Assembly (NCBI GenBank): GCA_001603455.1
Contig: LUZA01000008.1
Coordinates: 443 to 64,442 of the forward strand
Direction of reading: 5' to 3'
Source: Bacteroidales bacterium Bact_09
Lineage (GTDB): Bacteria; Bacteroidota; Bacteroidia; Bacteroidales; UBA932
DNA length: 64,000 bases
The position numbers and the translations under genes were made by a program. Within the stretch, counting starts at the first letter, position 1. The number at the start of each line of letters is the position of its first letter. Shown here one piece after another: positions 57,733 through 64,000 of the stretch. The notes below the pieces were generated by a model that was not told the DNA's origin, did no database searches, and saw nothing but the letters and a program-made list of their open reading frames with translations.

Positions 57733-59736
57733 ATGAAAATAATGAAAATTGCCTTTGCCTGTCTTGCAGGCATCGCAGGGTTTTCCTGTACCCAGAACAA
57801 CAAACAGATAAAAACACAGGAAACTGAATTTAAATATCTTGTAGATGAGTTTGCAGATATAAAAATCATCCGGTACAAAGTACCGGGATGGGATGATCTC
57901 ACACTGGAGCAGAAATCATTTATTTATTATATGGGAGAAGCTGCAAAATGCGGACGGGACATATTCTGGGATCAGAATTTCAAACACAATCTGGAGGTAA
58001 GAAAATGCCTGGAAAATATCCTTGAAACATACACAGGTGACAGGGAAACAGCTGAATTCAAGGAGTTTATCATCTATGCAAAACGTGTGTTCTTCAGTAA
58101 TGGCATCCACCATCATTATGCAGAAGAGAAGATCCTGCCAGGATGTTCAGCCGATTATATAAAACACCTTTTGGAAAATTCACAAGTATCTGCCACTATT
58201 GACTCTATGGTTGATCTGATGTGTGACCCGGATCTCTATTCAATGAGAAAAAGCGATGGAAAAAAAGACGATCTGCTACTCAGTTCGGCTACCAATTTTT
58301 ACAGTAGTGTGAACCGGAAAGAAGCCGAAACCTTTTACGCCGCAATAGAAAACCCCAACGATCCCCGCCCCGTGGAATACGGACTTAACAGCAGGCTGGT
58401 AAAAAAGGATGGAAAGATCTATGAGGAAACCTATAAAATTGACGGGCTCTATGGCCCGGCGATCAGTCAGATATGTTACTGGCTGGAAAAAGCTGCGCTG
58501 GTGGCAGAAAGCCCCGGGCAGGCATCCTATATCAAAACCCTGATAGATTATTATCAGACAGGGGACCTGGCTTTGTGGGACGCTTTCAATATGGCATGGG
58601 TTCAGGATACGGACACATTTGTAGATTTTATAAATGGATTTATAGAAGTTTACGGAGATCCCCTGGGAAGAAAAGGATCCTGGGAAGGCAATGTGAACTT
58701 TATCGACAGAGAAGCTTCCCGCAGAACGGCTATCATAAGCGAAAATGCGCAATGGTTTGAGGACAACTCCCCCATAGATCCGCTTTTCAGGAAAGAAAAG
58801 GTCACCGGAGTCTCGGCAAAAGTGATCAACGTAGCCATGCTCGGAGGAGACGCATATCCTTCCACGCCTATTGGAATAAACCTGCCCAATTCAGACTGGA
58901 TCAGAAAGGAATATGGGTCCAAATCCGTGACTATCGCCAATATAACCAATGCTTACGATAAAGCGGCAGAGGAGTCCCCCAAAAACATGCTGGATGAATT
59001 TTCCTGGAATCAGGAAGAAGTCGCGTTTTTGAAGAAATACGGAACCCTTACCGGAGATCTGCATACCGACCTGCATGAGTGCCTGGGTCATGGTTCCGGG
59101 CAGTTGTTGCCGGGCGTGTCATCCAATGCACTGGGTGACTACAGTTCACCCCTGGAAGAAGCCCGGGCAGATCTATTTGCCTTGTACTACATAGCCGATC
59201 CCCAACTGGTGGAATTGGGCATCATACCCGATACAACAGCCTATAAGGCCGAATACATCAATTACATCCGCAACGGGTTGTTTACCCAGCTCGTCCGGAT
59301 AGAGCCGGGCAGGAACATCACCCAGGCGCATATGCAGTGTCGCCAGCTCATAGCTTCATGGGCGCTGCACAATGGCAAAGCCATAGAAAAAAAGATCAGA
59401 GACGGAAAAACTTTCTTTGTGATCAATAATTTTAAGGAGCTTCGTCAACTATTTGCCTCGTTGCTGGGCGAGATACAACGTATCAAGTCAGAGGGGGATT
59501 ACCAGGCCGGCAAGGCACTTGTAGAACAATACGCCATAAAGGTCGATCAGCAACTGCACAAAGAGGTCCTGGAACGTTATGCCGCCCTTAATCTGAAACC
59601 TTATGGCGGATTTCTGAATCCCAACATCATTCCCGTGTACGACAAAAAAGGAAATCTCAGGGACCTGAAACTGGAGTATGCGCAGGATTTCCTGCAGCAG
59701 CATCTTTCCTACGGAAAAGCTTACGGCTTTTTGTAG
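57733..59736 (+). CDS. Dipeptidyl-peptidase III-like (M49) metallopeptidase lipoprotein
   Basis: Lipobox (IAGFSC); HECLGHGSG (HExxGH) and EEARADL second zinc motif. Start trimmed to ATG 57733. Confidence 0.82.
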   Translation: MKIMKIAFACLAGIAGFSCTQNNKQIKTQETEFKYLVDEFADIKIIRYKVPGWDDLTLEQKSFIYYMGEAAKCGRDIFWDQNFKHNLEVRKCLENILETYTGDRETAEFKEFIIYAKRVFFSNGIHHHYAEEKILPGCSADYIKHLLENSQVSATIDSMVDLMCDPDLYSMRKSDGKKDDLLLSSATNFYSSVNRKEAETFYAAIENPNDPRPVEYGLNSRLVKKDGKIYEETYKIDGLYGPAISQICYWLEKAALVAESPGQASYIKTLIDYYQTGDLALWDAFNMAWVQDTDTFVDFINGFIEVYGDPLGRKGSWEGNVNFIDREASRRTAIISENAQWFEDNSPIDPLFRKEKVTGVSAKVINVAMLGGDAYPSTPIGINLPNSDWIRKEYGSKSVTIANITNAYDKAAEESPKNMLDEFSWNQEEVAFLKKYGTLTGDLHTDLHECLGHGSGQLLPGVSSNALGDYSSPLEEARADLFALYYIADPQLVELGIIPDTTAYKAEYINYIRNGLFTQLVRIEPGRNITQAHMQCRQLIASWALHNGKAIEKKIRDGKTFFVINNFKELRQLFASLLGEIQRIKSEGDYQAGKALVEQYAIKVDQQLHKEVLERYAALNLKPYGGFLNPNIIPVYDKKGNLRDLKLEYAQDFLQQHLSYGKAYGFL

Positions 59737-59786
59737 TTGAACCATAAAAAAATAGACGAAAAGGCCAGCTTGAACAGAAAAAAGAA

Positions 59787-59820
59787 GGTGACTATCAGTC
59801 AACTTGACTCTTTAGTCACC
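59787..59820. terminator. Hairpin between convergent M49 and SusD genes (likely bidirectional terminator)
   Basis: GGTGACTA..(inner AGTCAA-C-TTGACT)..TAGTCACC. A T-rich run follows on the minus strand (CTTCTTTTTTCTG) and a weaker one on the plus strand. Confidence 0.45.
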
Positions 59821-59847
59821 CTCTTTCGTTCAGATTAAAGATATGCT

Positions 59848-61314
59848 CTATTTTATTCCTGTTCGGGTATCAAACCACATCTTCTTTCCCCAGAAGTCAT
59901 CGGTCACATCAGACATGGGACCTTGCGAATTGGCTTTGTTGAGAGAACCTTCATTGATTGGGTAAGGATAACGCAGCGGAGGCGTATCGTGTCCTGAATA
60001 GCCACTTTCCGCAAGAGAACGGGCAATATGGTGTGTTGTGGGAATACCGGTCTTTCTATACAACGACCATGCCTCCATCCCCTGTTTGAAAAGGCAGATC
60101 CATTCCTGCAAGAAAATCTGGTCCAGCTTACCGTTAAAAGCAGCGGATCCAGCCAGGTAAGCTGCAGCTTCAGAGGCAACACCATTCTCATCCAAAGATG
60201 TTGTAACGCCGGCTTCATAGGCATCCTTTGCAGATATACCTACATTCCATCCGCGGGCAGCAGCTTCGGCAAGGTGGAAATACGTTTCTGCTGCACGATA
60301 GATAGGCGAAAAACCTGCCAGATCTTCACGGAAACGTGCTCCGATAAGTGAATACTTCATGGCGTGACCGGGAGTTATGGCATCGGTCCCCCCTATTTCG
60401 CATCCAACATATTCACCATAACCGTTAGGTTTTGCATAGACAGGAAGACGCGGGTCATCCAGATCTTTCAATACGTTCACAAGAATATCGGAAATACAAT
60501 GGTCATCTCGTGTACGGAAATCGTTTGCCCAAGGTTCATAATAGGGCGATTCACCAGGCCACCAGAAGAAAGCGTTTTGACTGTTCTCTTTGATAAGCGG
60601 ATATTTGGAAGGATTACCCGCAATTTCCTCGGCAACTTGTTTTGCCAGGGTCGGATTTACGTTGGCAAGACGCATAGCCATGCGCAATCGGAGCGAATTG
60701 GCCAGACGGAGCCACGCATCTGTGTTCCCAAAGAAAAGGATATCCCCTACACCAAGCTCGTCATTACCGCCGGTACTCAATCCGTTGGCAGCTTCTTTTA
60801 GAAGGTTCATGATGGCAGGATAGATTTCCTCCTGGGTATCATACTTTGGAGTAATGATACCTTTGTCTAAACTTACAGCCTCTGAATAAGGTATATCACG
60901 CCATCTGTCTGTTCCCAGCTGCACAATTACAGCTTCCCATACCTTGGCTACATTTGCCATGTTGGTCAGCCCTTCTTCATTAGCCCGGTTCATGACATCC
61001 CTGACGTTATTGAGGGTAATATATAGATAATGCCAATTGTTTTGAACCACACCGGGGCGGAAAACATAGCGGGCCTCATCTATGTATTGTTTTTTAGCCA
61101 GATGACCTCCGTAGGTACTGGGTTCGTTCATGTCTGCCCATGCATCAAAATAAGTACTGCAGGTATACCTGATACAATAAGCCAATACATTGGTGATGGG
61201 AGCATCGGCAGAAGCATTGGGGTTCGTATTGATCTTTTTAAAGTCTTTTGTACACCCCAACAAAAGCACACCGAAAACGGCGATTAAAGAATATTTAAGT
61301 ATTTGTGTTTTCAT
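59848..61314 (-). CDS. SusD/RagB-family nutrient-binding lipoprotein
   Basis: Lipobox (LLLGC) and helical/TPR-like composition. Sits 18 nt downstream of the SusC-like gene. Confidence 0.82.
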   Translation of the reverse strand: MKTQILKYSLIAVFGVLLLGCTKDFKKINTNPNASADAPITNVLAYCIRYTCSTYFDAWADMNEPSTYGGHLAKKQYIDEARYVFRPGVVQNNWHYLYITLNNVRDVMNRANEEGLTNMANVAKVWEAVIVQLGTDRWRDIPYSEAVSLDKGIITPKYDTQEEIYPAIMNLLKEAANGLSTGGNDELGVGDILFFGNTDAWLRLANSLRLRMAMRLANVNPTLAKQVAEEIAGNPSKYPLIKENSQNAFFWWPGESPYYEPWANDFRTRDDHCISDILVNVLKDLDDPRLPVYAKPNGYGEYVGCEIGGTDAITPGHAMKYSLIGARFREDLAGFSPIYRAAETYFHLAEAAARGWNVGISAKDAYEAGVTTSLDENGVASEAAAYLAGSAAFNGKLDQIFLQEWICLFKQGMEAWSLYRKTGIPTTHHIARSLAESGYSGHDTPPLRYPYPINEGSLNKANSQGPMSDVTDDFWGKKMWFDTRTGIK

Positions 61315-61332
61315 GTCTTCAATTATTTGGGA

Positions 61333-64000
61333 TTAGAAAGTAATGCCTACTTTAAGACCAATGCTACGGGTGGGCATGTAAGAGTTGGATTCCAGCCCTA
61401 CTCCGCTATTTCCGGAATTCATGCTTGATTCAGGATCCACCTTGGCAATATTGGATTTATGTAGCCAGAGTATAGCAACGTTATTTCCCACAAGTGACAC
61501 ATTGAAAGCCTTAACCAGGCTGTTCTTGGAAAATCTGGATGCGGGAATGCTATAGGTAATGTAAAAGTCTTTCAGTTTCACATAAGAGCCGTCAAATATT
61601 GAATAAGAACGGTTGCTGTAAAAATCAGAAAATGCAGTGGATGGTGCTACTACAATGTCATTGACCGAACCGTCTTCTTTTAAGAATGTTCTGTCTGTAA
61701 GAATGTCTTTCCCAAATACTACACCATTCTCACGGATTCCTTTAGCTGCCGTATATTCATAGATTCCGGTATAGGATCCGAACATCTGGGAAACGGAGAA
61801 CACATCCCCCCCCTTCCGGAAGTCCACCAGGAAACCGCAAGAAAGGTTTTTATAACTGAAATCCATATTCAACCCGGCGGTCCAGTCGGGATTGACATTT
61901 CCCAACACCCTGCTTTGGCGTTTTGCCCTGCCGTTGGCCCCAACAATAATATTCCCGTCGTCATCTGTTACTGAACCAGTCCCGTAAATGGTGCCCCAGG
62001 GCTCATCTATCCGGGCCTGGGTATAGACCGACCAGGACGAACCGATAGTGTAGATCCTAATATCCTGTTGCGTAGCTTCATCTTTATAAAGCTCTAATAC
62101 CATACTTTGATCTTTGGCCCAGTTCAGGGTAATATCCCAATTGAAATCGCTTGTTCTTACCGGAGTTGCGGTCAATTGGATCTCAATACCTTTATTGTTG
62201 ATCTTCCCGGCATTGATCTTCATAGAGCTGTACCCGGTCGCACGGGAGACCTCGGCCGAAAGGATCTGATCGGTGGTGTTCTTATTGTACAAAGCCACAT
62301 CGAGACCCAGGCGGTTACCGAAGAACCTGCTCTCCAGACCTACTTCAAATGTTTCCACAGATTCCGGTCTCAGGCCGGCAGGCGGGTAAGTGGTCGGATT
62401 GTAAAACTGACCTGCACCGTGAATGTTATAACCCACAGAAGTATAATAACGGTCCGTCTGATACGCAGAAGTGGCGGCACCAATTTTGGCCCAGCCACCA
62501 CGCAATTTCAGGAATTCAAGTACAGTTCCTTTCAGCACAGGGAACGTTTCGGTAGGAAGCCAGCTGGCTGAAACTGAAGGGTAAAAGAACGGATCTTCTA
62601 TGGTGGAGCTCCAATCGTTACGAGCAGAAGCGTCTATATAGAACATCCCTTTAAACCCGAGAGACAAGTTGGCATAAACCGAATTCTCACGTATGCGAGA
62701 CCCGCCCATACTGGTACCGGGACTCCCGGAAACGTTGGAAATGGTATAGAGTCCGGGAACAATAAGAGCCGCTGCGGTAAGGGAAGATGTCATGTAGTTT
62801 AGATCCCTGTAATTAGCACCCAGCACGGCATTTATATTCAGCATGTTATCACCGAAAGTTTTGTTAAAATAAGCCAGGAAATCGGCGTTGATTTCTGCGT
62901 TTTTCCTGTTGTAGGACCAGAAACCTCCGTCGGGGGAGTCTGTATGATAAAGAACCACTTGTTTAGTATACGTGTCATAATAATCGTAACCCAAACGGCC
63001 TTCAAATTGCAACCAGCTGGTAGGCTTTAACCACAGGGATGTCTTACCGAAGAAACGGTTGCGTTCAAAACTGTTCGTATTATAGTACATCGTATAATAC
63101 GGGTTCTGATGGTAATCCGGGCACCAGCTGTAAGGTTTTCCCGTATAGGGGTCATTGCCTTTATCATAAAGGTCCCTGAGGGATTTCATATTGACTTGTC
63201 TTCCGAACCATTGCAGGATAGATTGCATAGGGTTCCCCTCGTTGTAGGCACCCTGGGGAAGGTTGTCGCTTTGGGTTCGGGTATAATTCATGCTCAGATC
63301 AAACGAAATGTATTTGTTTATATTCACATTTGTGTTTACCTGGGCAGAAACACGGGTTTGATCGGTGTTGGGAAGAGTACCCTTCTGATCCCTGAATCCA
63401 ATGGATGCCCGGGTAGTCGCCCGGTCGCCTTTGGTAAGTACAGAGATGTTGTGACTTTGGGAATAACCGGTTTGGAAGAAACTTGAGATATTATCGGGGT
63501 GTGACACCCAGGGAGTCGCCTGGTGAACGCCATTTGAAAAAGGACTGTCCCATTGGGGAATCATCAGTCCGATATCAAGACGTGGTCCCCAGCTTTCATC
63601 CGCCCCAAAATAACTGGCAAGACTATTGTAACCGAGTTCATTATATACCCAGTCCTGGTAACTCCCGTTATAACCGCTTTTCTTATATTCATACTCTGCA
63701 CCTTCATAACCCTGTCCGTAAAGATTCTGCAAAGGAGGCAAATTGAATATCTTGTCAGCAGTAAAACTGCCGTTGTAAGTTATGGACACACCTTCTTTGG
63801 CTGATCTTCCGGATTTGGTTGTGATTAGAATAACTCCGTTTCCGGCCCGCATACCGTACAAAGCAGCGGAACCGCCTTTCAATACCGAAATGTTTTCAAT
63901 GTCTTCGGGGTTAATATCATACAACCCGGAACCGTAGTTCACGGCATTTGCCATATAGTTATCATTAGCTATTGGAACCCCGTCAATAACTATCAGGGGC
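61333..64000 (-). CDS. SusC/RagA-family TonB-linked outer-membrane protein, partial (N-terminus outside the window)
   Basis: The frame stays open past the track start at 63954 to the window edge, and translation there reads PLIVIDGVPIANDNY (plug motif). ..SVLKGGSAALYGMRAGNGVILITTK.. is present, and the barrel ends ..GLKVGITF. Confidence 0.9.
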   Translation of the reverse strand, partial: PLIVIDGVPIANDNYMANAVNYGSGLYDINPEDIENISVLKGGSAALYGMRAGNGVILITTKSGRSAKEGVSITYNGSFTADKIFNLPPLQNLYGQGYEGAEYEYKKSGYNGSYQDWVYNELGYNSLASYFGADESWGPRLDIGLMIPQWDSPFSNGVHQATPWVSHPDNISSFFQTGYSQSHNISVLTKGDRATTRASIGFRDQKGTLPNTDQTRVSAQVNTNVNINKYISFDLSMNYTRTQSDNLPQGAYNEGNPMQSILQWFGRQVNMKSLRDLYDKGNDPYTGKPYSWCPDYHQNPYYTMYYNTNSFERNRFFGKTSLWLKPTSWLQFEGRLGYDYYDTYTKQVVLYHTDSPDGGFWSYNRKNAEINADFLAYFNKTFGDNMLNINAVLGANYRDLNYMTSSLTAAALIVPGLYTISNVSGSPGTSMGGSRIRENSVYANLSLGFKGMFYIDASARNDWSSTIEDPFFYPSVSASWLPTETFPVLKGTVLEFLKLRGGWAKIGAATSAYQTDRYYTSVGYNIHGAGQFYNPTTYPPAGLRPESVETFEVGLESRFFGNRLGLDVALYNKNTTDQILSAEVSRATGYSSMKINAGKINNKGIEIQLTATPVRTSDFNWDITLNWAKDQSMVLELYKDEATQQDIRIYTIGSSWSVYTQARIDEPWGTIYGTGSVTDDDGNIIVGANGRAKRQSRVLGNVNPDWTAGLNMDFSYKNLSCGFLVDFRKGGDVFSVSQMFGSYTGIYEYTAAKGIRENGVVFGKDILTDRTFLKEDGSVNDIVVAPSTAFSDFYSNRSYSIFDGSYVKLKDFYITYSIPASRFSKNSLVKAFNVSLVGNNVAILWLHKSNIAKVDPESSMNSGNSGVGLESNSYMPTRSIGLKVGITF

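Overview
The window looks like a chromosomal, mostly housekeeping segment of an anaerobic Bacteroidota genome. Evidence for that placement: a SusC/SusD pair, BACON-domain and lipobox lipoproteins, TAnnTTTG-type -7 promoter boxes, near-absence of Shine-Dalgarno sequences, and NfnAB-like genes. All product calls rest on motifs read by eye from the supplied translations; no homology search was possible.

Recognisable core genes:
- kdsB, an RSH (p)ppGpp enzyme, Fe/Mn SOD, an initiator-type tRNA-Met, hisS, sppA, tilS and proS.
- lpxD-lpxC-lpxA, nusA-infB, tmk, folP, purB and a phosphomannose isomerase.
- hslR-pth-rplY, and several peptidases (C69, M64, C11, M49).

I saw no rRNA, CRISPR array, transposase, integrase, phage block or recognisable defence system.

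The least explained parts are:
1. A compact DUF134-regulator / 2x NifX-like / 2x MinD-ferredoxin ATPase / arginase-fold cluster (14.9-18.5 kb) with no nitrogenase nearby. Operator-like repeats bracket its promoter.
2. A TonB-dependent receptor carrying an (HE)8 insertion encoded by a hexanucleotide tract, preceded by a small Cys/His-rich membrane protein (25.2-28.1 kb).
3. A lipoprotein with a region that is about half Trp+Tyr and a YRR-repeat disordered tail, followed by a FadL/PorV-like barrel (34.5-37.4 kb).
4. Unusual fusions: HEAT + 2x DUF1080 next to a TAT-exported Gfo/Idh/MocA enzyme, GH9 + CE4, and BACON + about 20 GLUG repeats.
5. A terminator hairpin in the nusA leader.

None of these is proven novel. 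Each needs database and neighbourhood checks.
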